Source: an uncultured Klebsiella sp. (GTDB lineage: Bacteria > Verrucomicrobiota > Verrucomicrobiia > Limisphaerales > SXTU01). Taken from it: a DNA stretch of 64,000 bases. A program made the translations under genes and the position numbers. The notes below the pieces were generated by a model, which saw only the letters and a list, made by a program, of their open reading frames with translations, made no database searches and was not told where the DNA came from. Below are positions 44,007-54,900 of the stretch, one piece after another. The stretch's first letter is position 1. Each line of letters begins with the position of its first letter. Location: NCBI GenBank assembly GCA_964578245.1, contig CAZOCL010000002.1:1730-65729 (forward strand), written 5' to 3'.

Positions 44007-45080
44007 ATGCCGTTGCCGTTTTTCAGCAGCTTCGAAAAGAAGCGGGACCAGGTAATGGTCATCGACCTGGGAGCCAAGGTCACGAAAGCGGTCCATATTT
44101 CCCGCAAGTCCAACGGCTTCACCCTGAACAATTTCGCGCTGGTGGACGCACCGGTGTATGACAAGGGCTTGAACGTCGTGCCGATGGCCAACCACCTCCG
44201 CGCGGTGGCCCAGGTGCTGAATGCACGGCTCAAACCCGTCAGCCTGGCCGTGGGCGTGGAAAGCTCCCTGCTGCGCCATGCGGACATGCCCCTGGTCACG
44301 GCGCATGACATGCGGCAGATGCTCAAATTCAGCAGCAAGAACTACTTGCAGCAGGATCTCTCGGACTGTGTCTTCGACGTGCATATCCTGCCTCCGAAGG
44401 TGGACTCCGCGCCCAAGGGTGCCGACGCGCCCAAGGCCGCCACACCGAAGACTCGAGTGCTGGTCGGCGCGGCCAAGAAGCAGGTGGTGGAGGACCTCAA
44501 GGAAGCCGCCGAGCAGGCAGGCTTGCAGGCGGATCAGATCATCCCGAGCTTCATCGGCCCGGCCAATGCGTTTGAGCAGGCGCAGCCGGATGCGTTCGGG
44601 AAGGAAGTGGTCGCCCTGGTGGACGTGGGCTACAAGAACACGACCATCTGCATCCTTTATAATGGCGAGCTGACCTTGAGCCGCGTGGTGGCCTTTGGCT
44701 CTGGCAAGCTCACGCAGGGCATTTCCGAGGCGCTGGGCATGAGCATGGACGAGGCGGAGGGCGCGAAACTGACCATGCCGCCTGAGGTGGAGTCCGTGGC
44801 GCAGTCGCTGCTCTCCCCCCTGGGCCGGGAACTGCGGGCCTCGATCGATTTCCACGACCACCAGCGGGACCGCGCCGTGAGCCAGGTGTTTTTCTCTGGC
44901 GGGGCCTCGCGGAGCGCACAGATCGTGCAGGCGCTCCAGGTGGAACTGATGGTGCCGTGCCAGACTTGGAACCCGACCAGCTTCATGACGTTGAACCTGC
45001 CGCCGCAACTGCTGGGCGAGATCGAATCCATCGCGCCGCAGTTGACCGTGGCCGTGGGCGCGGCAATGGCCGCCTTTTAG
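44007..45080 (+). CDS. pilM: Type IV pilus assembly ATPase-fold protein PilM
   Basis: ATG at 44007. It has an actin-like fold pattern (VIDLGAKVTK...VDVGYKNTTI...FSGGASR) and is followed by pilN/O/Q-like genes. Confidence 0.8.
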   Translation: MPLPFFSSFEKKRDQVMVIDLGAKVTKAVHISRKSNGFTLNNFALVDAPVYDKGLNVVPMANHLRAVAQVLNARLKPVSLAVGVESSLLRHADMPLVTAHDMRQMLKFSSKNYLQQDLSDCVFDVHILPPKVDSAPKGADAPKAATPKTRVLVGAAKKQVVEDLKEAAEQAGLQADQIIPSFIGPANAFEQAQPDAFGKEVVALVDVGYKNTTICILYNGELTLSRVVAFGSGKLTQGISEALGMSMDEAEGAKLTMPPEVESVAQSLLSPLGRELRASIDFHDHQRDRAVSQVFFSGGASRSAQIVQALQVELMVPCQTWNPTSFMTLNLPPQLLGEIESIAPQLTVAVGAAMAAF

Positions 45081-45086
45081 ACTGAC

Positions 45087-45755
45087 ATGCCGATTCGCAT
45101 CAATCTGCTGTCCGAAGAGCAATACATGGCCGAGGTGCGCCGACGCGATCCGGTCAAGCGGGCGGCGTATCTGGGCGGTTTGCTGGTGGTATTGTCCCTC
45201 TGCTGGTGGGGCTGGCTGCTGTTTGCCAAGAGCGTGGCGAGCCATTCACTGGAAGGTCAGAACTCCGCGTTTACCAAGCTCGAGAAGGGGGCGAAGGAGG
45301 TGGCCGACCACCAGAAACGCACGGCGGAGATCGAGCGGAACATTCACGGGCTGCACCGCATGGTCACCAACCGGGTGCTCTGGTCAGCCTGCCTCAACGC
45401 GTTGCAGGAGAGCACGCAGGAGTCCATCCAGGCCACGCGTATCCGGGTGGAGCAGAGCTACAAGGTGGAGCCGGCCGTGGTGTCACGCGAGCGCGGCAAG
45501 AGCAAGGCCGCCAGTTCCACGGAGACCATCGTGGTCACCATCACCGGGCGGGATTATGGCCGCCAGGAGGACCAGAACTACATCAAGTTCAAGGAAAAGC
45601 TCGAGGCGCATCCGTGGTTCAAGCAGCACCTGGCCAAGGACAGCCCGATCACCTTCAAGGGTTTCTCCAATCCCACGGCGGACAAGGATGATCCCACGCG
45701 CAGCTATGTGACTTTCACCATGCAGTGCGCGTTCACCGAACAATTCCGGAACTGA
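45087..45755 (+). CDS. pilN: PilN-like pilus assembly protein
   Basis: MPIRINLLSEE N-terminal INLL motif, a single transmembrane segment, and a coiled coil. Confidence 0.7.
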   Translation: MPIRINLLSEEQYMAEVRRRDPVKRAAYLGGLLVVLSLCWWGWLLFAKSVASHSLEGQNSAFTKLEKGAKEVADHQKRTAEIERNIHGLHRMVTNRVLWSACLNALQESTQESIQATRIRVEQSYKVEPAVVSRERGKSKAASSTETIVVTITGRDYGRQEDQNYIKFKEKLEAHPWFKQHLAKDSPITFKGFSNPTADKDDPTRSYVTFTMQCAFTEQFRN

Positions 45756-45756
45756 A

Positions 45757-46368
45757 ATGATCAGCGAGATCAAACAGCTTTCGAACGAGAAGAAACAGCA
45801 CCTGTTTGCGGTGGTGATGGGGACGCTGATGGTGCTGGCGCTGGTGTATTTCTTTGTCATCAGCTCGGCCAAGGCCAGCCTGGCGAAGATCCACACGGAC
45901 ATCACTGAGGCGGAAAAGAAATACTCCGAGGCGTCCAAGCTCGTCCGCAGTTCCGAGGCGGAGGACGAAAAGCTGACCCGGCGCGAGGAGCAGCTTGCCG
46001 CCATCGAGTCGGGCATGGTCACGGGTGACCCCAACCTCTGGATCCGGCTCACGTTCGACAAATTCCGTGCGCAGGCACCCTACAAGGTGGAGATCCCGAA
46101 CTTCCCGACGCCCGCCATTGGGGACATGGCGATGATCCCCGATTTCCCTTACAAAGCGGCGACTTACCGGGTCGCGGGCTCGGCGTATTACCATGACCTC
46201 GGCAAGTTTCTCTCCGAGTTCGAGAACTTCTTCCCCTACATCCGGGTGCTCAATCTGGACCTGTCTCCGGAGGACGCCGCCACCAGTGTCGCCTCGGGAG
46301 ATGATCGGGAGAAGCTGACTTTCTCCTTTGAAATTGTCGTGCTGGTCAAACCGCCCAAAAAGAACTGA
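45757..46368 (+). CDS. pilO: PilO-like pilus assembly protein
   Basis: Single N-terminal transmembrane segment, a coiled coil and a C-terminal ferredoxin-like region. The call also rests on its position between pilN and pilQ. Confidence 0.6.
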   Translation: MISEIKQLSNEKKQHLFAVVMGTLMVLALVYFFVISSAKASLAKIHTDITEAEKKYSEASKLVRSSEAEDEKLTRREEQLAAIESGMVTGDPNLWIRLTFDKFRAQAPYKVEIPNFPTPAIGDMAMIPDFPYKAATYRVAGSAYYHDLGKFLSEFENFFPYIRVLNLDLSPEDAATSVASGDDREKLTFSFEIVVLVKPPKKN

Positions 46369-46371
46369 CCG

Positions 46372-47046
46372 ATGAAGCCCGCCCTGCAACGACTCCGCAC
46401 ACGCGCCACCTGGCTGGCGCTGGCGGCCGCGTTGTGCCTGGCCTCGCTGGGCGCGGCACCGGCAGACGAGAAGAAAGACAAAGCCCCGGAGAAGAAGGCC
46501 GTTGATCCGAAAAAAGATCCCAAAGCGGCCGCGAAGGAAGCGGCCCCCGCGGTCACCAACACGCCGCCGATTCTGATTTCGTTCCCGAAGTCGGTGTTCA
46601 ATACCGCGCTGGAGGCGGGCAAGGATCCGTTCTTCCCGAACAGCAAACGGCGCTTCCCGAAGGCCGTGGTCGAGCCGGTCAAACCGCCGCCCGTGCCCGT
46701 GCCGACCAATCCGACCGTCGTGGTAACGGTGGGCACTACCAATGCTACGCCGCCCATCGCTACCACCAACACAAACACTCTGCCCGTGATCCCGCCGCCC
46801 ACCCTGATCGGCAGCGCCAATCTCCGGCTGCTCGGCATCGTGGGCAGCAAGCTCCGCCCGCGCGCGTCCATTCACACCGGCGTGAAGAGCTATGACTTCC
46901 TGAAAGGCGAGGAGATGCTCATCCGCCTGCCCAATGACAAGGTGCTGAAGGTGCGCTGCGTGGACATCAAGGACCGCTCTGCCACCTTTCAGGCCGAAGG
47001 TGAACCTGACATCAAAGAAATCTTTTTACGTGAGGGAGCCTTCTGA
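46372..47046 (+). CDS. PilP-like secreted protein (Pro/Thr-rich linker)
   Basis: Signal peptide and a C-terminal beta domain (LRLLGIVGS...ASIHTGVKSYDFLKGEEM...). It sits just before the secretin gene. Confidence 0.5.
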   Translation: MKPALQRLRTRATWLALAAALCLASLGAAPADEKKDKAPEKKAVDPKKDPKAAAKEAAPAVTNTPPILISFPKSVFNTALEAGKDPFFPNSKRRFPKAVVEPVKPPPVPVPTNPTVVVTVGTTNATPPIATTNTNTLPVIPPPTLIGSANLRLLGIVGSKLRPRASIHTGVKSYDFLKGEEMLIRLPNDKVLKVRCVDIKDRSATFQAEGEPDIKEIFLREGAF

Positions 47047-47082
47047 GACCGCTCGGCGGCGCGAGCCGCCGGCCAACCGACC

Positions 47083-48792
47083 ATGCGCATGAAAACGACG
47101 TCTGTCCTCCTGCTGGTAGCGGGACTCCTGCTGCCCGCCGCCCTGCTCGTGGCGCAAGCCCCGCCGCCCGCCCAGCCGGCCCCGGCCAATCCGCGCCCGG
47201 TGCAGCCGGTCCCCAGCCCGGAGAGCAAGGCCAAGGCCGCCGCGGACGCGAAAGAAGCCGTCAAGGCGGCCTTCGAGAACGAGGTCATTCTTGAACTCAA
47301 GTATGACGACATGGACTTGGTGGATCTGATCAAGAGCCTGGCCTTGCAGGCGGAAATCAACGTCTTGTTCGATCCCAAGCTGACTCAGGTCACCCGCGCT
47401 CCGGACGGCACGCCGCTGCCTTCGCCGAAAGTTCCCGCGTTCCGCATGACGAATGTCACCGCCCGGCAGGCACTGGAAGCCATCCTGGCCAACAACAACC
47501 TGCTGATGGCTCATGATCCCAAGACCAACACCTACCGCGTGAGCCCCAAGGGCGCTGCAGTGGAGGAGCCGCTCATCACCAAGATCATCGAGCTGAGATA
47601 CACCAGCCCGACCAACCTCGCCACCGTGCTGGCTCCCGGCACCGGGGTGCTCTCGTCCCGCTCCAAGGTGATCCCCGATCCCCGCACACAGCGCATGATC
47701 ATCTCCGCCACCGAGCGCGAGTGGGACTTCTTGAACGAAGTGCTCGAGAAGCTCGACACGCCGACGATGCAGGTGCTCATCGAAGCGCGCATTTTGGAAA
47801 CCTCCCGCAACCCCCAGACCCTCCGCGGCGTGGACTGGAGCGGCACCCTGCAGAACCAGCAGATCGGCTTCGGCAACGGCAACATCTCCGGCTCTGTGGG
47901 CAACGTCCGGCCCGGCGCGACCACCACGACCACGACCACCCTCCCGGGCGGACGCGTCATCACAAGTCAAAGCACTGCCCCGTCCAGCACCACGGAGACG
48001 CTTACCACGACCGTCGGCGGACTGGTGCCGGGCTTCAACATCAACACGCGGGACGGCATGAACCCGGCCGTTGGCTTCCTCAATGCCGACGGCCTCCGCG
48101 CCACGCTCTCCTTCCTGAACACGGACACCGAGACCGAGGTCATCTCCACGCCGCGCTCGGTGATGATGGACGGCCAGACTGCGCGCCTCGCTGTCACGCG
48201 CGCCTTCCCGATCTTCCAGGTCACGCCTGGTTCGGCCAACACGCCGGCTGCCGCGAGCGTCACCTACACGAACCTCGGCACCATTCTCGAGGTCAGCCCG
48301 CGCATCGCCGCCAACAGCAACATCGCGCTCAAGGTCATTCCCGAGGTGTCGAACATCGACTCGAAAGACCGCCAGACCATCAACGGCCAGGTCAACGAGG
48401 CGAACGTCTATGCCATCCGCCGGATTGAGACACAGGTGATGATCCCCAGCGGCCACACGCTGGTCATGGGCGGCCTGATCACGGACAACATCAACAAGGG
48501 CTATACGAAGGTGCCGTTCCTCGGCGATCTGCCAGGCATCGGCTGGGGCTTCCGCAAGGAGTCCAAAATCCGCACCAAGGCCAACCTCCTGATCTTCGTC
48601 ACGCCCACGATCATCGAGAGCAATCATTTCCAGACGCCCAGCACTGATTTCCTGCAAGGCAAGTCGAACCCGACGGCCACGGACTTCCTCCTGCAGCGCG
48701 CCCCGGTGATGCAGGATAAACCCGATTCCTTTTTGGACTCAGGCAAGCCGATACTGCCAGGGTCAAAACCGGTGAATCCGGAAAAATTCTGA
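47083..48792 (+). CDS. pilQ: Secretin (PilQ/GspD family)
   Basis: IIELRYTSPTNLATVL N-domain, QVLIEARILE, and the C-terminal VPFLGDLPGIGWGFR...ANLLIFVTPTII secretin signature. Confidence 0.88.
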   Translation: MRMKTTSVLLLVAGLLLPAALLVAQAPPPAQPAPANPRPVQPVPSPESKAKAAADAKEAVKAAFENEVILELKYDDMDLVDLIKSLALQAEINVLFDPKLTQVTRAPDGTPLPSPKVPAFRMTNVTARQALEAILANNNLLMAHDPKTNTYRVSPKGAAVEEPLITKIIELRYTSPTNLATVLAPGTGVLSSRSKVIPDPRTQRMIISATEREWDFLNEVLEKLDTPTMQVLIEARILETSRNPQTLRGVDWSGTLQNQQIGFGNGNISGSVGNVRPGATTTTTTTLPGGRVITSQSTAPSSTTETLTTTVGGLVPGFNINTRDGMNPAVGFLNADGLRATLSFLNTDTETEVISTPRSVMMDGQTARLAVTRAFPIFQVTPGSANTPAAASVTYTNLGTILEVSPRIAANSNIALKVIPEVSNIDSKDRQTINGQVNEANVYAIRRIETQVMIPSGHTLVMGGLITDNINKGYTKVPFLGDLPGIGWGFRKESKIRTKANLLIFVTPTIIESNHFQTPSTDFLQGKSNPTATDFLLQRAPVMQDKPDSFLDSGKPILPGSKPVNPEKF

Positions 48793-48814
48793 GCAGTCGC
48801 GAATTTCTAGTTCC

Positions 48815-51800
48815 ATGAGTGCCATCCGCACAGCAGGTGAGACGCCCGGCGCAAGCCGGGTGACGCGCTGGGCCATCGCGCTCCTGCTGGGCGCGCTGGC
48901 GCACACGGCCGCCTTGGCGCAGACCACGGTCACGACGCTCAGCGGCGGGCCAAGCTCCACGCGGCCGGGCTTTGCCGGTTCTGATGACGGGGATCTGACG
49001 TCCGTGGCCCAGTTCAATCTGCCGGGTGGCGTGGTGTTCGAACCCTCGGGCAGCATCCTCTGGCTGGCGGATACCGGTAACAACACGATCCGTCGGCTGG
49101 ATCTCACCGCCGGGACCGCGTCCACCCTCAGCACGAATTCCGTGGGTGGCATCCTCCTCTTCAACGCGCCGGTGGACGTGGCGGTGGACGGCAACACGAA
49201 CCTTTACATCCTGACGCGGGACGATGGCCGCATCCATCAACTCGACCTGCGTAACATTGCTTTCGGGGCCACCGTGACGCCGATCACTCCCGCCGGCACC
49301 TTCACCGCGCCCAACGCGCTGGCGTTCGATGGCGTCGGCAACCTGTATGTCGTCGAGGAGGCCGGCGCGCTGCGGCGGGTGGCACTTTCCAATTTCACGG
49401 TCAGCGCCAGCCTCTTGCCCGTCGGCAGCTTCGTCACGCCGCGGGGCGTGGAGGTGCTCGACAGTGGCAAGATCGCCGTGAGCGATGCCAGCCGGCACAC
49501 CATCCACCTGGTGGATCCGAACACGCTCACCGTCACTTTCCTGGCCGGCGGCACGAACACTCCCGGCACGGCCCTGGGCACCGGCGCAGCCGCCCGCTTC
49601 AATTCGCCGCATCATCTGGCGAAGGCCGGAAACAACACGCTCGTGGTGGCGGACCGGGGCAACCATCAGGTGCGTTTGGTGGACACCACGGGTGCCACGA
49701 GCGTGCTTTACGGCGTGCTGTCCAATTTCTGGGTGAACTTCCCTGATCCCTCCATCTACCCGGGCTGGGCGGATGGCTCGGCGCAGTTCGCGGAATCCCG
49801 CCTGCCGACCGGTGTGGTGGTGGATGGCAGCGGCACCACCTACGTGACCGAGCAGTATTATCACCTCATCCGCAAGGTGACCGGTTCCGGGCTGACCGGC
49901 CCCACCGGCGTGGGCAGCGGCTCGGGCGGCTCCAGTGCGTTGAACCCGCCTTCGCTGGCCTTCACCCCGAACTCCGGTTATTTCCCGCTGGGCACCACGG
50001 TCACGGTGACCAGTTCCAGCACGAACGTGTTCTACACGGCGGATGGCACCGAGCCGACCACCAACAGCACGCGGGTCATCATCACCGGCGGCACCGGCAC
50101 CATCTTGTGGCAGAATTCCACCAACGACCTCACCGGCCTGCGCGTGGCGGCGTTTGCGACCAGCGGCACGAACAGTGCGAGCACGAACATCACTGGCATC
50201 GCGTCCACCGCCACGACCCTGGGCGTGCCCGCTGGCCTGAACACCAACCTGTTCGCGGGCGTGGGGGCGCGCATCGTGGTGCCGCTCGTGCTGAACCTCC
50301 GCACCAACGATTCGCTGCGCACGCTCCAGTTCCGGGTCGAAGTCACCCCTAACGGCGCGGCCCCGATGATCGGAGCGACGTTCGGTGCGCAGGCCATCGG
50401 CACGAATGATTTCATCACGGTCACCACTGGGGGCGCGGCCAGCTTCAGTTCGCTGGCCTATACCCTGGGCACCACGCGCGGGCTGGTAGTTTCCTTCCTG
50501 GGCACCAACGCAAACTTGCTGGTGAACCGCTTCGCGGTCGCTGCATTGCTTACGGTGCCCATTCCCGCCGGTGCCGCGCAGGGCAGCACCTACAACATCG
50601 ACATCCTCCAGCCCTCCGGCACGGTCGATGGCCAGCAGAATGTGGTCGCCATCGCGCCCGCCGGCACCCGGGTCATCACCGTCACGAACCTGGCTTACCG
50701 CGTCGGCGACACCTCGCCGGGTGGCTGGTATAACGCGGGCGACTTCGGCAACGGCAATCTCGACAACGCGGACGTCAACAACGCCTTCAACGCCGCCGCC
50801 GGCATCCGCCTGCCGTTCGCGTTCAGTGATGCGTTCGACGCGATGGACGCCTTCCCGGAGGACACTGCTGGCACGGTGGGCGGCGACGGCCAGATCCGGT
50901 TCCTGGACTGGCAGATCATCCTCCTGCGCGCGCTGCGCCTGAACACCAACCCGGCGATCGGCGTGAGCACCACGAACTGGTCGCGCATGTGGTCCGGCGG
51001 TGTGCGGGTGACCACGGTGACCAATCTCCTTTCCCCGGCTGGCCGGCGTCCCACTGCCCTCCCGCCGCCGGGCGATGTCTGGAACCGGCAGGCCGCCATC
51101 GGGGCCGTGCCACTGGAGAATATCCCGCCCGGAACGACCGTGAACGTGCCGGTCTTTGCGCGGGTGGCTCCCGGTGCAGCCATCTCCGGCCTCCAGTTTC
51201 GCGCGCTGGTGAACCCGTCGGAGGGGGCGCCCGCACTCGCCCAGCCACCACAGTTCATCGCGTTCAGCCTGCCGTTCCAGCCCGCCTTCCTCTCGGGCCA
51301 GACCAACGCCATCGCCGCCGCGTGGAATGTCGGCCAGCTTGCCTTGCCGGCACTGAGCAGCAACCTGCTCGGCTTCGTGCGCTTCACGGTCCCAGTCGCC
51401 GCTCCAGCAGGTTCGAGTTACGCGGTAAGTTTTGCGAACGCGGACGGCTCGCCGGACTTCTTCACCCAATACAGCTTCGAGACGCGCGGGGCGTCGGTGT
51501 GGGTGTCACGGTCTGCGCCGGGGCCGCTCTCCATCATTTCGGATGAGTGGAAGATCGCCTTCTTCGGAAGCGCGACGAATCCCGACGCCGCCGATCTGGC
51601 CGACCCCGACGGCGACGGAGTGCCGAACGCGCTGGAATACCTCGCGGGCACCGATCCGACCAGCGCCACCTCCCGCGTGCAGCTCGCCCCGGGCGGCTTC
51701 CGCAATGGCGGCAGTGATCTGGCGCTCCAGCTTCTGAGCGCCCCAGGCAAACTCTACGTGCTGGAAAGCGCGACCACTCTTGGGAATCCCGTCTGGTCGC

Positions 51801-51898
51801 CGGTGCTCACCAATCTCGGCGACGGCAATTTGAAGGAATTTATCCAGGCGGTGACCCCGGGCGGGCCACGCTACTACCGGCTGAAGGTGCTGCCGTGA
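48815..51898 (+). CDS. Giant secreted NHL-repeat protein with cohesin-/dockerin-like modules and a TSP3-like C-terminus
   Basis: Signal peptide and six NHL-like blades (e.g. FNSPHHLAKAGNNTLVVADRGNHQVRLVD). Also FYTADGTEPT, GDFGNGNLDNADV/GGDGQIRFLD Ca-loop pairs, DPDGDGVPNALEY, and the ending PRYYRLKVLP. Confidence 0.8.
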   Translation: MSAIRTAGETPGASRVTRWAIALLLGALAHTAALAQTTVTTLSGGPSSTRPGFAGSDDGDLTSVAQFNLPGGVVFEPSGSILWLADTGNNTIRRLDLTAGTASTLSTNSVGGILLFNAPVDVAVDGNTNLYILTRDDGRIHQLDLRNIAFGATVTPITPAGTFTAPNALAFDGVGNLYVVEEAGALRRVALSNFTVSASLLPVGSFVTPRGVEVLDSGKIAVSDASRHTIHLVDPNTLTVTFLAGGTNTPGTALGTGAAARFNSPHHLAKAGNNTLVVADRGNHQVRLVDTTGATSVLYGVLSNFWVNFPDPSIYPGWADGSAQFAESRLPTGVVVDGSGTTYVTEQYYHLIRKVTGSGLTGPTGVGSGSGGSSALNPPSLAFTPNSGYFPLGTTVTVTSSSTNVFYTADGTEPTTNSTRVIITGGTGTILWQNSTNDLTGLRVAAFATSGTNSASTNITGIASTATTLGVPAGLNTNLFAGVGARIVVPLVLNLRTNDSLRTLQFRVEVTPNGAAPMIGATFGAQAIGTNDFITVTTGGAASFSSLAYTLGTTRGLVVSFLGTNANLLVNRFAVAALLTVPIPAGAAQGSTYNIDILQPSGTVDGQQNVVAIAPAGTRVITVTNLAYRVGDTSPGGWYNAGDFGNGNLDNADVNNAFNAAAGIRLPFAFSDAFDAMDAFPEDTAGTVGGDGQIRFLDWQIILLRALRLNTNPAIGVSTTNWSRMWSGGVRVTTVTNLLSPAGRRPTALPPPGDVWNRQAAIGAVPLENIPPGTTVNVPVFARVAPGAAISGLQFRALVNPSEGAPALAQPPQFIAFSLPFQPAFLSGQTNAIAAAWNVGQLALPALSSNLLGFVRFTVPVAAPAGSSYAVSFANADGSPDFFTQYSFETRGASVWVSRSAPGPLSIISDEWKIAFFGSATNPDAADLADPDGDGVPNALEYLAGTDPTSATSRVQLAPGGFRNGGSDLALQLLSAPGKLYVLESATTLGNPVWSPVLTNLGDGNLKEFIQAVTPGGPRYYRLKVLP

Positions 51899-51911
51899 AA
51901 TTGCGAATTGC

Positions 51912-54900
51912 ATGAGAACTGCTCCTGCCCATCGCGCCATGACTTTTGCACGCCGGTTCCGTCCCGCCCTCGCGGCCCTCGTCGCGGGCTGGGCGGTCGT
52001 CGCGGGCGCACAGTCGGTGGACGTCGTCATCACGAACGGGCTGGTGGAGCCGCACAGCCTGACCGTGGACCCGGCGGGGACGCTGTATATCACCGACCAG
52101 GGTGGAATTTCCTTTTTCGGCCAGCCGTCGGCCAACCGCATCCTCAAGTTCATCCCCACCACTTCCACGTTCACGGTGCTGGCAGGTGACCGGGACGGGA
52201 GCAACGGCACGAACGACAATCCCACCGCCAACGCCGGCTTCAACGCGCGCTTTTACAACCCGGCGGGCATCGTCACTGCCCGCGGGGGGCTGGTGGTGGC
52301 CGATTCCGCGAACCACACCATCCGCTACGTTGGCTTCGACGGCGTAGTCTCGAACATCGCCGGTGCGCCGACGATTGCGGGGCTGGCGGATGCCACTGGC
52401 GGGGCCGCTCGCTTCAACACTCCGATTGGCCTGGCCGTGGATGCCGGCGGCAACATCTACGTCGCCGATTCGAAGAACAATGTCATCCGGAAGATCGACC
52501 CGGCCAACGCCGTCACCACCTACGCGGTCGGCTTCAACCAGCCCAATGGCGTCACCGTGGGTGACAACGGCGATCTCTGGGTAGCGGACACGCTCAATCA
52601 CCAGATCAAGTCCGTTGCCACCGGCGGTGCCGTCACCGTGCGTGCGGGCACCGGCATCGCGGGCAGTGCGGACACTTTCCCCATTGCCGCCTCGGCGCAG
52701 CTCTCCTTCCCGCGCGGCGTGGTGTGGATGGGGGCGGCGGGACTGCTCATCACCGATTCCGGCAACCACACCGTCCGCCGACTCTACACGAACACCTCGG
52801 TCAGCACCTACACGATTGAAACCTCGGCCGGTGCGGCCGGGCAGGCCGGCTTCGTGAATGGCGGGACGAATGTGGCGCGCTTGAATTCCCCCGTCGGCCT
52901 CGTGGCGGATGTATTGAACGGCGCGTTTCTGGTGGCTGACCAGGGGAACAAGGCCATCCGCCGGATCCAGCAGACCGCCGCCCAGCCGCCCATCGGCAAC
53001 CCCACCATCGGCATCGTCGAGTTGAAGACCGATCCCACCACCGGGCAGACCGGCACCGTGCTCACGAGCATCACCTCGTCCGTCTTTAACAACGACGTGG
53101 TCATCGCCATCCTCGCCGATGCGGGGGTGAACACCTATTTCAACTACGGCGTCACGCCGACGAACGCCTTCGTGGACACCATTGCTCCGCCCGGCCCCGG
53201 CACCGGCAGCGCGCCCGCCTACGCGAACGGGGCCGCCTCGCTGCCCTCCACGATCATCAACCCGGTGCTGCCTGACCTGACCATCAAGGCGCAAAGCTCC
53301 CAGAATGGCCGCATCGCCAGCGGCGTGGTCAGCGCCCGCTTCCAGTTCCAGACCGCCAACCCGACCGTCGTCGGCAACAACGCCGCCTCGTTCCTGGTCA
53401 ACAATATCAGCAGTGGCGCACAGATGTATTACACCGTTGACGGCACGGAGCCCACCAACGGCGCGCCGAGCCTGGGCCCGATCACCTCCGGCACGACGCT
53501 GTCCTTCAATCTCAACAACAGCAACCTGGTGTTTCAGATCAAGGCGTTCAAGGCCAACTACGCGGCCAGCACGACCATCTCGAATGTCTTTTCGCCTTCG
53601 AACTTTGTCGCCAACCGGATCTCCTTTGGTTTTGACGGCGGCGAGGCCTCGAGCGGCTTCATCGCGGCGGCCGGCCAGACCTTTTACGCCCCGGTCACGC
53701 TGGGCCTGCTGGCCGCCCAGCAGATGAACTCGCTTCAGTTCTCCATCTCCGCCACCAACGGCACCGGCCCGTCGCTGGCCGCCGGGGGCATCGGCTTCGC
53801 GTCGCGCCTGTTGAAGCCTGACCCCAATAATCCGGGCGTTTACCTCATCATCCCGCCGCAGTTCTTCACCGGCTTCACCACCAACATCGTCGGCACGACG
53901 ACGAACATCGTCCAGAACTTCACGAACATGGTCACCACGAACAGCGTGTTGAACCTGCTCTCCGTGGGCTGGATCGAGCGCGAGGGCGCAACGAATCTTT
54001 ACGACACGACCGCGCAGGACCTGCTGAAGTTCTCCTCCGCACATGACACGCTCTTCGACGGGGGCAACGGCAAGGTGGTGGTCGGTGCATTTGCGGTGAA
54101 GGTGCCGACCACGGCCACCAACGGGCACACTTACACGATCCAGATCCGCCGGCCTTCCGGCACGGTGGACGGCATCAACCAGGACGTTTTCATCGACGCG
54201 CCCACCAATGGCAGTCTCACCGCCCCCAGCCCGATCAACGCCATCCGGACGCTCACCGTCGGCTCACCCGTCTATCTCGTCGGCGACGCCGTGCCCTTCC
54301 GCTGGTTCAACGCGGGTGACTTTGGCGACACCAACCTGCTGGCGAACGACATTGCCCAGATTTTCCAGGCGGCGGTCTATGGTGTCAACAGCCCGGCGGG
54401 CGGCAGTGACTTCGAGGATGCGATGGATTCCTGCTGCGGCTCCATCATTCCGGCCGGTGGTGGTCTCTTCCTGCAAGGGCCGAACGTGGGCGGTTCGCTC
54501 GCTTCCGGTGATGATACGGTCATCAATACCATCGGCTTCGGGGACGGCACGCTGGATGTGGCGGACATCTTCGTGACTTTCCGCCGCTCGCTGGATGCTT
54601 CGCTCACCAATTTCTTCCGGTTCCGTTCGAACGGCTTCCATTACGCCTTCGCAGGATCAAATTCGTTCCGCGGGGTTTCTGGCCAGTCGCTGACGTCAGG
54701 GGGCAAGACCGGGTCACGCGGCGGTCCGGTGGCACAGTCCCTCCTCACGCCGGGTGATGTGCCCTCCGTCACCTTCAGTGCCGGGGAGAGCATCGGTGGA
54801 GCCGGTCAGACGCTGAACATCCCCATTTCGGCGACCATTTCCGGCTCCTTGCCGCTGCGCGTGCTCATGCTGAATCTCAGCGTGGTTCCGCTGGAAGGTT

